This document shows, in pieces, positions 17,562 through 26,817 of a stretch of DNA of 64,000 bases. This DNA comes from Thermodesulfobacteriota bacterium (lineage in GTDB: Bacteria; Desulfobacterota; Desulfobulbia; Desulfobulbales; SURF-16). The notes beneath the pieces are model-generated. The model saw only the letters and a list, made by a program, of their open reading frames with translations, did not search any database and was not told the origin of the DNA. Within the stretch, counting starts at the first letter, position 1, and each line of letters begins with the position of its first letter. Position numbers and translations under genes: made by a program. Location of the stretch: NCBI GenBank assembly GCA_040755455.1, contig JBFMAY010000002.1:151556-215555 (forward strand), written 5' to 3'.

Positions 17562-19376
17562 TCAAACCTCACCGCCCGCGCCGGCAGCGTCTTCCAGGGG
17601 CAGCGCCTCGATGGTCTCGCGCATGCTCTGCAGGTCAGTGAAAAACTGGTCGCTTTTCTCGGCGATCATCTGCCGGGGCAGGCCCTGGTAATAGGCAATG
17701 CCCTTGAGAAGATTTTCCGTCATCTCCTGCAGGTAGCCGGGGGCGCGGGTGACGAGTCCGGAGGCGATTTTTTCCATTTCACCGTGCAGATAATCGACAA
17801 AAATGCCGATCTCCCGGACAAACATATGCTGCCGTTCCGGCCTGGTCAACAGGGAGTTTCTGCCGTAAATATGCCCCACCATCTCCTCCAGGGTGGCAAC
17901 CTTGCCGAAATTGACAATGTTTGGCCCGCAGCAGACAGCCGGGTTGGCCGTCGGGTCGATACCGGTGGGCAGGGTGATGCAGCCGGCCAGATCATGGCAG
18001 ATGCAGGACTTGGTCATCACCCCTTCCTGAATCCTTGCCAGCAGCGGCGGGGGATAACCCTCCTCCGGCAGGTGGGCCAGTTTCTTTTTCTGGTAGGCAC
18101 GGGAAGCAAGACAGATCGGCCGTTTGGTGAATTCCGTATTGATGGAGATATGGCCTTTGGGACAGGCGGAGCCGGGCTTGCCCTCGCTGATCCGCCGGCG
18201 CCTCGCCTCCTCGCTGGCCGAGGTGCGCAGGTTCCAGAACGGGACGCCCAGGGGTGAACTGTCGCTGAGGTAGACATCCTCACTGGTGGCATTGAGCAGT
18301 TTCCGCAAATGGCCATCGTCAATATTGATCACCTCGGGAACGAGCAGGAAAGGGGTGCCCCAGCCCGTGCCGTCGACCCCGTAGTGTTGCAGCAGCAGCT
18401 GATCCTCGGCGGCGGTGCCGATGCCGCCCTGCACCGTAATGCGGAATTGCTGCGGACTGTCCTGGGCCGGCCGGCCCATGGCGGCAGCAGCCTTGGCGTA
18501 AACCGTGTGCAGTTTTTCGCCAAGCTCCTTCTTTTTCTGCTTGAACTCCTCGAGGATTGGGCCGAGGAGAAAGCCTTTTGAGGCAAAGGCATGGCCCCCG
18601 CAGTTCAGGCCGGACTCGATCCGGTATTCGGAAACCCACATCCCCTGTTTGGCCAAGAATTTTCCCTGGATTTCCGCCGAGCGGTAATCGCTTACCTTGA
18701 GAACGATCTTCTTCTTGCTGATCCCAAGCCGGTCCGGGAAAAAATCCTCAAACGAGGCCAGGTAACTGTAGAGGCGCTTATTGATGCCGGCCGAAAAGAC
18801 AATGGAGGAGCGGACCGTGCTCAGGGCATAGCCCCGCAGGGCCGCCATGGCATCGGAAAATTCCGGCCCCAGCTCCTTGCCGCGCAGATAATTGACCCGG
18901 TCGAGCTTGGTCATGATGTTGACGTCAATGGTGCCGGGCACGGCATGTTCCCGCAGTATCTGCTGCAGCCTGGCCTTCTCCGCGGCATCGCCGGTGGCCA
19001 GCATGACCCGGTAGTCCTGTTTGATCGCCGCGCCCTCGGGCAGCATTTCGTAATAGCGGGTGATGTCGCTGGCCGGCGTGAAAGGAGCAGCCTGCAGCTC
19101 CCGCACCTGTCGCTGGATCAGGCGGTCGAGCAGATTCAGGTAGGCGGTGATGCGCAGCGCCCGGGCGTCTTCTTGCCGGCTGGAAATTTCCTCATAGGGT
19201 TCTCCGGCCTTCTGGCAATGGTACTTGCGCATCTGCTCAATCAGCAGATCATCAACCAGCGAGATGACCGAGCTGATGCCGTATTTTGCCACGCGCAATG
19301 GCGTATCGATGGTAAACCCCGTCCCCATCACAGGGATATGAAATGTATGCGCACTCCCGAAAACTGAACTTGCCAT
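17562..19376 (-). CDS. Conserved 604-aa protein; probable FMN-dependent TIM-barrel oxidoreductase (FabK/FabX/nitronate monooxygenase-like) with a Cys-rich C-terminal region
   Basis: Ordered motifs IPVMG, VNIMTK, IVFSAG, IESGLNCGGHAF, VQGGIG, GWGTPFL, SSPLGVP, CPKG..CLAS..CICH..CCGPN; start moved to ATG 19376. Confidence 0.65.
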   Translation of the reverse strand: MASSVFGSAHTFHIPVMGTGFTIDTPLRVAKYGISSVISLVDDLLIEQMRKYHCQKAGEPYEEISSRQEDARALRITAYLNLLDRLIQRQVRELQAAPFTPASDITRYYEMLPEGAAIKQDYRVMLATGDAAEKARLQQILREHAVPGTIDVNIMTKLDRVNYLRGKELGPEFSDAMAALRGYALSTVRSSIVFSAGINKRLYSYLASFEDFFPDRLGISKKKIVLKVSDYRSAEIQGKFLAKQGMWVSEYRIESGLNCGGHAFASKGFLLGPILEEFKQKKKELGEKLHTVYAKAAAAMGRPAQDSPQQFRITVQGGIGTAAEDQLLLQHYGVDGTGWGTPFLLVPEVINIDDGHLRKLLNATSEDVYLSDSSPLGVPFWNLRTSASEEARRRRISEGKPGSACPKGHISINTEFTKRPICLASRAYQKKKLAHLPEEGYPPPLLARIQEGVMTKSCICHDLAGCITLPTGIDPTANPAVCCGPNIVNFGKVATLEEMVGHIYGRNSLLTRPERQHMFVREIGIFVDYLHGEMEKIASGLVTRAPGYLQEMTENLLKGIAYYQGLPRQMIAEKSDQFFTDLQSMRETIEALPLEDAAGAGGEV

Positions 19377-19563
19377 GTCCCTTGCAACGATCCCCGCATG
19401 AAGTAGTGAAAGTGTTAGCCGTATGTCGCAACCCTTATTTATACACCGGTATAGACAATGATGCGATAAAATAAGGATTAAATCAATAGCAGGTTGGGCG
19501 GGAAATCTCAAAGAAAATATGCAGAGAGGGGCCTGATTTATTTCGTACCCGGCCCTTCATCCC

Positions 19564-20745
19564 TCAATCCGCCCCAGGGACCGCATAGGCCGAGGAGCCT
19601 CTGATCAGGCTGGTGGCGATCATGGTCAGCACCAGCACCAGGATGCCGATGATGAAAAACGACCAGCGCAGGCCGAGAAGGTCCATGGTGAAACCGGCGC
19701 CCAGGGAGCCGCAGAAGACCCCGACACTCATGGCCAGGCTGAAAACGCCCATCATGGTGCCCTGGCCGTACTGCCGTCCCTCCTCCGTGGCAAAGGCGCC
19801 AAGGGTCGGCCAGATGATCGCCTCCCCCATGCCGAGCAGGACAAAGAGCACCAGCAGCCACCAGAAGCTGTCCGCCAGGGGAACCAGACACATGACCGCA
19901 CAGATGACCAGGCAGCCGATCAGCAGCATGCCGGTCTTGTCCCGGCGGTCGGCCATTCTGCCGAAGGGCATCTGCAGCAGGGCATTTACCAGGGTCCGGC
20001 AGGCGATGACAATGCCGATCTCCATGCCGCTGGACCCAAACCACTGGTGCATGAGCAGCGGTAGAAAGGCCATGGTCGGCACCATGATGAGCATGGTGGC
20101 CATCCTGGCCAGCAGAATGCCGCCGGTTCTCCGGTGGGTAAGCATGCGGCGCAGGGCCTCGATAATGCCCATGCGGCGGATGCCGAGATCCCTGGGTTCC
20201 GGCGCCGGCAGCTGTAAGCATACCAAGATCATTGCCAAAAAACTCAAGCCGGCCATGGCGTAAAAGGCGGAGGCCATGCCCCACAGGTCGGTAAAGAAAC
20301 CGCCGAGCAGCGGCCCGCTGCCGATGCCGGTAAAAATGGCGATATGCAGCAGCCCCATGGAGCGGCCTTCCTGGCCCACCGGCGACATATCGCTGACCCA
20401 GGCCATGGCCACCGGCACGATCATGGCCGACCCCACGCCATGAAAGGCCCGGATGACAATAAGATTAAGCACCGAGGTGGCCTCGGGCATGGCCAGGCCC
20501 ACCAGGCCGTAAACCAGCAGGCCGCAGACCAGAAAACCCTTCCGGCCCCAGCGGTCGGACAGACTGCCGACAATGGGCTGGAAAATGCCGCGGGTGATGG
20601 AAAAGGCGGCGATGATCAGGCCCAGCGCCACCCCGCTGGCCCCCAGGCTGGTGGCAAAGACCGGCATGACCGGCACGATGATGCCGATGCCGAGCAAAGC
20701 TATGAAGATCGATAAAAGAAGGGTGACGAGCAAATGCCCCTGCAT
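19564..20745 (-). CDS. MFS transporter (DHA1-like)
   Basis: GSLSDRWGRK motif A, GRMADRRDK, about 12 hydrophobic segments; start ATG 20745. Confidence 0.92.
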   Translation of the reverse strand: MQGHLLVTLLLSIFIALLGIGIIVPVMPVFATSLGASGVALGLIIAAFSITRGIFQPIVGSLSDRWGRKGFLVCGLLVYGLVGLAMPEATSVLNLIVIRAFHGVGSAMIVPVAMAWVSDMSPVGQEGRSMGLLHIAIFTGIGSGPLLGGFFTDLWGMASAFYAMAGLSFLAMILVCLQLPAPEPRDLGIRRMGIIEALRRMLTHRRTGGILLARMATMLIMVPTMAFLPLLMHQWFGSSGMEIGIVIACRTLVNALLQMPFGRMADRRDKTGMLLIGCLVICAVMCLVPLADSFWWLLVLFVLLGMGEAIIWPTLGAFATEEGRQYGQGTMMGVFSLAMSVGVFCGSLGAGFTMDLLGLRWSFFIIGILVLVLTMIATSLIRGSSAYAVPGAD

Positions 20746-21147
20746 GGCGGATTGTCCTTTTCCCGCCGGCTGCGCCGTGCCAGGCGGGCAATGACCGGGA
20801 AAGAGCTTTACCCATGGCAAGGAAACCCATGGGCAGAGCACGATAAAATGGCAGCTGTTTTTATTGAAAATACCACATTCTGGTCCCAACTTCGATCATT
20901 AGTCTCTTAATGACCTAAATGGTGAAACAAAAAAAGATTACTGTGGTCTGAACAGTTACACGCAGGCAGCAATCCCTGGACTTTGCCGGCTACCCGGGCT
21001 GAATGTCTGGCAGGCAATTTTTATGTTGGTACAATTTCCCTTTCGCGCCAAGAACTGTTACAGTGGCCGTGGCCCCGGGCCCATCGTTTTTCCCCTGCCG
21101 CCATGTGCAGAAGGGTCCATGCATCACAACCGCCGGAGAGAGACCGC

Positions 21148-21996
21148 ATGACAACGCCGCACGCCAAAAATTCCATGCTCTGCCCGAACTGCCGCCGCCT
21201 GATCAGCCGCGACGAGAGGGCCTGCCCATACTGCGGCACGGGAAGGCCCGGTTCCTGGTGGAAAAATAATCGTTTCACCGCGGGCTTGGCCGATGAAAGC
21301 CGGATCATCAACCTGATCATCGCCGCCAATATCGGCATGTACATGCTGTCCCTGCTGCTCAATCCGCGCAGCGCCGGGCTCGCCTTAAATCCCTTTGATT
21401 TTCTGTCGCCGAGTAACAGAAGCCTGCTCATCCTGGGCTCCACCGGCACGGTGGCCATTGCCGAACTGCATCGCTGGTGGTCCCTTGTCTCGGCCAATTA
21501 TCTGCACGGCAGCCTGCTGCATATCGTATTCAACCTCATCGCCCTGCGGCAGATCGGCCCCCTGGTCCTGCGGGAATACGGCCTCTACCGGATGTTTGTC
21601 ATCTATACCATGGGAGGGGTGGCCGGTTTTTTCCTCTCCTTTCTGGCCGGCATTCACTTTACCATCGGCGCATCCGCCGCGGTGTGCAGCCTGATCGGCG
21701 CCATGCTCTACTACGGCAAAAGCCGCGGCGGAACATACGGCCGCAACATCTACAGCCAGATCGGGGCCTGGGCCGTCAGTATCTTTGTCTTCGGGCTGAT
21801 CGTGCCGGGCATCAATAACTGGGGACACGGCGGCGGCATGGCGGCCGGGGCTCTGCTCGCCTTTATTTTGGGCTACCAGGAGCGGAGACGGGAAAATATC
21901 AGCCACAAATTCCTGGCCATCGGCTGCGCGGCCCTCACCGCCGTGATCCTCTCCTGGGCCGCCCTGAACGGCATCCTTTTCCTCTTGCTGGCCTAG
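21148..21996 (+). CDS. Rhomboid intramembrane serine protease with an N-terminal zinc ribbon
   Basis: CPNC..CPYC; HGSLLHIVFN, IGASAAV (Ser), GHGGG (His); GGAGAG SD. Confidence 0.9.
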   Translation: MTTPHAKNSMLCPNCRRLISRDERACPYCGTGRPGSWWKNNRFTAGLADESRIINLIIAANIGMYMLSLLLNPRSAGLALNPFDFLSPSNRSLLILGSTGTVAIAELHRWWSLVSANYLHGSLLHIVFNLIALRQIGPLVLREYGLYRMFVIYTMGGVAGFFLSFLAGIHFTIGASAAVCSLIGAMLYYGKSRGGTYGRNIYSQIGAWAVSIFVFGLIVPGINNWGHGGGMAAGALLAFILGYQERRRENISHKFLAIGCAALTAVILSWAALNGILFLLLA

Positions 21997-22235
21997 CAGG
22001 TTGCCTTCCTTTTTCTTGGCGACAGCTGCCTGATGAATAATTTCCTGTAAAAATTTTCTTCCCTTCTCCATAAAATGATCTTAATATCGTCTCTTGCACA
22101 CATTACCTTCTTCCAGCAAAAATTCTGCAGATGTGATTTTCGTTCTTCACCGATACGGGTTCCTGTGGTGATCATTTGGCTGCCTGCCGCAGCCGGAGCC
22201 CCTGGCATGGACCATTACCCCTGTTATCCCATTGC

Positions 22236-23888
22236 ATGACACCTATATTGTTGCAGCGCATATCCCGAGTCCTTCCCTGGCTCATCGGACCTCTTTATTG
22301 CGGCGTACTGGCCCTGTGTCTGGGGCAGGACGCCAACTGGGACCTGCGCAACTATCATTTTTACAACGCCTATGCCTTTCTGCACCAGCGGCTGGACTAT
22401 GACGTGGCTCCGGCCCAGGTGGCGACATACTACAACCCGCTGTTCTATATCCCCTTTTATGAGGCGGTGTTGCGCCTGCCGCCGATGCTGGTCGGTTTTC
22501 TGCTCGGCGCGCTGCAGGGCCTCAACTTTCCGCTGCTGTTCGCCATCGTCCGCAACGTCATGGCAGGTGAGCCAGCCACTCCCTGGTGGCGCGGTTTTCT
22601 CATTGCCCTGATCGGCGTGCTGGGCGCCGCCAATATCTCCGAGCTGGGCACCATGTTCGGCGACAATCTGACCAGCCTGCTGATCCTGGGAGCGCTCTGG
22701 TTGCTGCTGGCCAACTTCCGTAAGCTGACTGCGCCGGGGATGCCCGGCGCGCTGTTGCCCGTCATCACCGCCGGCATCATGATCGGCCTGGCCGCCGGGT
22801 TGAAACAGCCGGCTGCCGCCTTTGCCGTGGGCTGGTGCGTGGCCATGCTTTTCCTGCCGCTGCCCCTTGCGCAGCGGATCAAACTGGCCTTTGTGTTCGG
22901 GGTGGGGGTGCTGGCCGGCATAGCCGGCAGCGGCGGCTACTGGCTCTATGAGATGTGGAACCGTTACGGCAATCCGCTTTTCCCGTATTTCAATCACATC
23001 TTCCAGTCGCCCATGGCATCCATCGCCGATTACCGGGACGCCCGCTTTCTGCCGGGCAGCCTGGTCAATGCCCTGCTCTTCCCCTTTATCATTGTCCTGG
23101 ACCCGCACCGCACCGCGGAAATCCCCTTCCGCGACCTGCGTTTGCCGCTATTCATGGTGCTGCTGGCAGCAGCCGGGCTGTACGCCTTGCTCACCAAGGT
23201 CAGGGGCCGCTTGGCGCCATCAGCCGCGCCGGCCGCTCCCGCTGTTGCCCTGGCCCGGCACAAAAAACTTTTTCTGCTGATCGGCAGCCTGGTTGCCTAT
23301 GCCGTGTGGCTGAAGATTTTCGCCATCTACCGCTACCTGATGCCCCTTGAGATGCTGGCCCCGCTCGGCATCTGGCTGCTGCTCGATACCCTGCCCTGGC
23401 GGATGCCGGCAAAAAATTATGCGGCCCTGGGCTGCCTGGTCCTGCTGCTGGTCACCCTGCGGCCCGGCAACTGGGGCCGGATTTCCTGGGGCGATGACTA
23501 TTTCGGGGTCAAGCCGCCGGCGCTGGCCGATCCGGCCCGTACCATGGTGCTCATGACCGGGGTTGACCCCATGGCCTATGTCATCCCCTTTTTTCCTGAA
23601 CCGGTGCGTTTTCTCCGCATTCAGAGCTATTTCACCGGGCCGTCCGACACACCCAACGGGTCCGATCGTCTCATGCAGCGGCTGATCGCCGAACATCGCG
23701 GACCGCTCTTTGTGCTGTACCGTATTTATGAGGAAAAGCAGTGCAGAAACGCTTTGCAGGATTACGGGCTGACCATCGACAGCAATGATTGCCGGGCGTT
23801 CACCCCTCATATCATCGAGGAATATCAACAGTTTCCGCTTATGTTCTGCGCCGTGGCGCGCACCGATACCTTCAACAATAACCAATAG
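22236..23888 (+). CDS. Polytopic membrane glycosyltransferase (GT-C superfamily, GT87/DUF2029-like)
   Basis: GQDANWDLRNYHFYN loop, GLAAGLK, GNPLFPYFN, YRYL; lies upstream of GT2 and GtrA genes. Confidence 0.65.
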   Translation: MTPILLQRISRVLPWLIGPLYCGVLALCLGQDANWDLRNYHFYNAYAFLHQRLDYDVAPAQVATYYNPLFYIPFYEAVLRLPPMLVGFLLGALQGLNFPLLFAIVRNVMAGEPATPWWRGFLIALIGVLGAANISELGTMFGDNLTSLLILGALWLLLANFRKLTAPGMPGALLPVITAGIMIGLAAGLKQPAAAFAVGWCVAMLFLPLPLAQRIKLAFVFGVGVLAGIAGSGGYWLYEMWNRYGNPLFPYFNHIFQSPMASIADYRDARFLPGSLVNALLFPFIIVLDPHRTAEIPFRDLRLPLFMVLLAAAGLYALLTKVRGRLAPSAAPAAPAVALARHKKLFLLIGSLVAYAVWLKIFAIYRYLMPLEMLAPLGIWLLLDTLPWRMPAKNYAALGCLVLLLVTLRPGNWGRISWGDDYFGVKPPALADPARTMVLMTGVDPMAYVIPFFPEPVRFLRIQSYFTGPSDTPNGSDRLMQRLIAEHRGPLFVLYRIYEEKQCRNALQDYGLTIDSNDCRAFTPHIIEEYQQFPLMFCAVARTDTFNNNQ

Positions 23889-23900
23889 AGGAAAAAACAA

Positions 23901-24857
23901 ATGATGCAGGGGGTTTCCGCAACTTTCTCCCAACGTATTGCCGTGCTTGTCCCATGTTACAATGAGGAAAAAACCGTGGCCCAGGTGGTGCAGGACTTTA
24001 GCAAAGTCCTGCCGCAGGCGAAGATCTACGTGTACGACAACAACTCGAAAGACCAGACCGTCCAGCGGGCTGCCGCGGCCGGGGCCATTATCCGGACGGA
24101 AAAACACCAGGGCAAAGGCAACGTGATGCGCCGCATGTTCTCCGACATCGAGGCCGATATCTATGTGCTGGTTGACGGCGACAACACCTACCATGCCCCC
24201 AGCACCCCGGCCATGATTGACCGGCTGCTCAACGAACAGCTGGACATGGTGGTCGGCTCCCGGCTCACCGCCCATGAGGGGGCGGCGTCCTTCCGCCGCG
24301 GCCACCAGTTCGGCAACCGGCTGCTCACCGGCTTTGTCTCCCTGCTGTTCGGCCGCAGCCTGACCGATATGCTGTCCGGCTTCCGCGTCATGTCACGCCG
24401 CTTTGTCAAATCCTTCCCGGCCCTGTCCAAGGGATTCGAGACCGAGACCGAACTCACCGTGCATGCCCTGGAGCTGCGGATGCCCATCACCGAAATCGTT
24501 ACCCCCTATGGTTCCAGGCCGGCCGGCTCGGAAAGCAAACTGAACACCTACCGGGACGGCCTGCGTATCCTACTGACCATCATCAACCTCTTCAAGGAGG
24601 AGCGGCCCCTGGCCTTCTTCTCCATCCTTTTCGCCCTGCTGGCCAGCTTCTCGATCATTCTCGCCGTGCCGCTGTTCATCACCTACGCGGAAACCGGCCT
24701 GGTGCCCCGCTTCCCCACCGCCCTGCTGGCCACCGGCACCATGCTGCTCGCCTTTCTCAGCCTGACCTGCGGCCTGATCCTCGACACCGTCACCCATGGC
24801 CGCCGTGAGCTGAAGCGCCTGAGCTATCTCTCCATTGCCGCGCCGGGGCATGAATGA
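23901..24857 (+). CDS. GT2 polyprenol-phosphate glycosyltransferase (GtrB/DPM1-like)
   Basis: VPCYNEE, YDNNSKD, QGKG, VDGD (DxD), DMLSGFR, two C-terminal TM helices. Confidence 0.92.
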   Translation: MMQGVSATFSQRIAVLVPCYNEEKTVAQVVQDFSKVLPQAKIYVYDNNSKDQTVQRAAAAGAIIRTEKHQGKGNVMRRMFSDIEADIYVLVDGDNTYHAPSTPAMIDRLLNEQLDMVVGSRLTAHEGAASFRRGHQFGNRLLTGFVSLLFGRSLTDMLSGFRVMSRRFVKSFPALSKGFETETELTVHALELRMPITEIVTPYGSRPAGSESKLNTYRDGLRILLTIINLFKEERPLAFFSILFALLASFSIILAVPLFITYAETGLVPRFPTALLATGTMLLAFLSLTCGLILDTVTHGRRELKRLSYLSIAAPGHE

Positions 24858-25275
24858 TGACGGCAGGGGCAACAGCATGGTGACGGAATTCTTCAAATTC
24901 TCCCTGGTGGGCACCCTGGGCTTTGTGGTGGACGCCGCCAGTCTGCAGATCCTGGTCAGCCTGGCCGGCATCAACCCTTACCTGAGCCGGCTTTTCTCCT
25001 ATCTGCTCGCCGCCACCACCACCTGGTGGTTCAACCGGCGCTTCACCTTTGCCGCCGGCAGCGACGGCTGCTGGAAGGGCCAGTGGCTGCGCTATCTGGT
25101 GGTCAACGCGGCGGGCGGCGGGGTGAATTACGGGGTCTACGCCCTCTGCCTCTTCCTGTCGGAGCTGGTCCGGCAGCACCTCTACCTGGGCGTGGCGGCC
25201 GGCTCCATCGCCGGTCTGGCGGTCAACTTCACCGCCTCCCGCTATCTGGTCTTCAGGAGGCGCAAAACGGCCTGA
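24850..25275 (+). CDS. GtrA-family flippase-like membrane protein
   Basis: FFKFSLVG, WWFNRRFTF, NFTASRYLVF; four TM segments. Confidence 0.88.
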   Translation: MNDDGRGNSMVTEFFKFSLVGTLGFVVDAASLQILVSLAGINPYLSRLFSYLLAATTTWWFNRRFTFAAGSDGCWKGQWLRYLVVNAAGGGVNYGVYALCLFLSELVRQHLYLGVAAGSIAGLAVNFTASRYLVFRRRKTA

Positions 25276-25380
25276 TTTTGCCCGTATTCCTGATAATTGC
25301 TGCACATTTCCCTCATTCCGGTTTATAGTGGCCCCATGATAAAATTCCTGTGAACCTCTGCGCATTTCCCGGGCAACCTG

Positions 25381-26298
25381 GTGAAAAAGTACCTTCCCCT
25401 CACTTCCCTGCTGCTGGCCGCCATCCTTTACTCCACCGTGGCCAGCGCTTTTGCCGGCCTGTATCCCGATCGGAACGCTGGCAATGTACCATGCAGCGCC
25501 TCTGCCGCCGGCTTTACCGACAAAAGGGAAGCGGCCGCAGACCGGCCGGCAATGGACACCACCTTTCATATCCCCTTGCTTGGCGACCGCGACGCCGGCA
25601 GCTACTCTTTACCGATGCTGGCCGCGATCCTTGGGCTGGTGGATGGTTTCAACCCCTGCGCCATGTGGGTGCTGGTTTATCTCATCTCGCTGATCATGGG
25701 CCTCAACGACCGCAAAAAGATCTGGCTGCTGGTCGGCTCTTTCCTCATGGCCTCAGGAGTGCTCTATTTTCTCTTCATGACCGCCTGGCTCAACGCCTTT
25801 CTCTTCATCGGCTATCTCCGGCCGCTGACGGTTTTGATCGGCGTCTTTGCCCTGTGGACCGGGATCAAAAACATCCGCGAGTTCATCGCGACCCGCGGCG
25901 CGGCGGTCTGCAAGGTAACGGACGGCGCGGCCAAACAGAAAACCATGGGCAGAATCCAGCAGCTGGTCTCCTCGCCGCTTACTCTCGCCAGCATCTTCGG
26001 CATCATCGTCCTGGCCTTTGCGGTGAATTCCATCGAGTTCCTCTGCTCAGCCGGCATACCCGCCATCTTCACCCATGTGCTGGCCCTCAGCGCGGCAGAT
26101 GCCATGCACTATTACGCCTATATCCTGCTCTATGTCTTTTTCTTCATGCTCGATGACCTGCTCATCTTCGCCAGCGCCGTTTTCGCGGTCAACTCCGCGC
26201 TGGGCGAAAAATACAGCGGATACTGCAAGGCAGCGGGCGGCATCATCATGGTGGTGCTCGGGGTGCTGCTGACCTTCTTTCCGGACATGCTGCGCTGA
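25381..26298 (+). CDS. CcdA/DsbD-like transmembrane redox protein
   Basis: GLVDGFNPCAMWVL and EFLCSAGIP membrane Cys pair; signal-like N-terminus. Confidence 0.75.
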   Translation: MKKYLPLTSLLLAAILYSTVASAFAGLYPDRNAGNVPCSASAAGFTDKREAAADRPAMDTTFHIPLLGDRDAGSYSLPMLAAILGLVDGFNPCAMWVLVYLISLIMGLNDRKKIWLLVGSFLMASGVLYFLFMTAWLNAFLFIGYLRPLTVLIGVFALWTGIKNIREFIATRGAAVCKVTDGAAKQKTMGRIQQLVSSPLTLASIFGIIVLAFAVNSIEFLCSAGIPAIFTHVLALSAADAMHYYAYILLYVFFFMLDDLLIFASAVFAVNSALGEKYSGYCKAAGGIIMVVLGVLLTFFPDMLR

Positions 26299-26413
26299 GG
26301 GGGAATGCACGCCGGCAAATTATAACCTTGCCTGACGACATCCGGATGGAGTAAAAATAGTGAAACGACACCTAAACAATGCGCCCGACATGCGGCACTG
26401 AGAGAAGGAAACC

Positions 26414-26641
26414 ATGAAAAAAAATCAGGCCCTCAAGATTCTGAATCCTGTTCTGGGCACTCTTGTCCTGAGCCAGGCCATTACCAGCTCGCTAAAGGAT
26501 TTTCTCCCCAAGGAACTCTTTGAGGCCGTTCATGGCGGTGGCGGGGTGCTGCTGGTCTCCGGGGTGGCCCTGCACCTCTATCTGAACTGGAGCTGGGTGC
26601 AGGCCACCTATCTGACTAAAAAGGATCTGCCGTCCTCGTAG
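26414..26641 (+). CDS. Small two-TM membrane protein (DUF4405-like, possibly haem-binding)
   Basis: 75 aa; AVHGGGG...ALHLYLNWSW with two His; AAGGA SD. Confidence 0.65.
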   Translation: MKKNQALKILNPVLGTLVLSQAITSSLKDFLPKELFEAVHGGGGVLLVSGVALHLYLNWSWVQATYLTKKDLPSS

Positions 26642-26750
26642 ACCAGGGAGGCGGGTGGTAATATTTTTTTGGCTTTTTGGATGGGAGGTCGGGGGAATAC
26701 CGTCCAAAATTTATGACAGGTTGCTCTTAAAAAGAACAGGGAAGACAAGG

Positions 26751-26812
26751 GCGTCAACAAGGGGGGTGCCCTGAATCCCATCCAGCACCAGGTCGGGTGC
26801 CCTTGTTGACGC
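26751..26812. repeat. Inverted repeat (terminator or degenerate REP-like element) at the 3' end of the export operon
   Basis: Perfect 13-bp arms GCGTCAACAAGGG (26751-26763) and CCCTTGTTGACGC (26800-26812). Confidence 0.6.
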
Positions 26813-26817
26813 GCCAA

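Noticed and set aside
20896..20913. TCATTA-N6-TAATGA palindrome as an operator for the MFS gene
   Set aside because: Single short palindrome and no regulator gene nearby; could be chance
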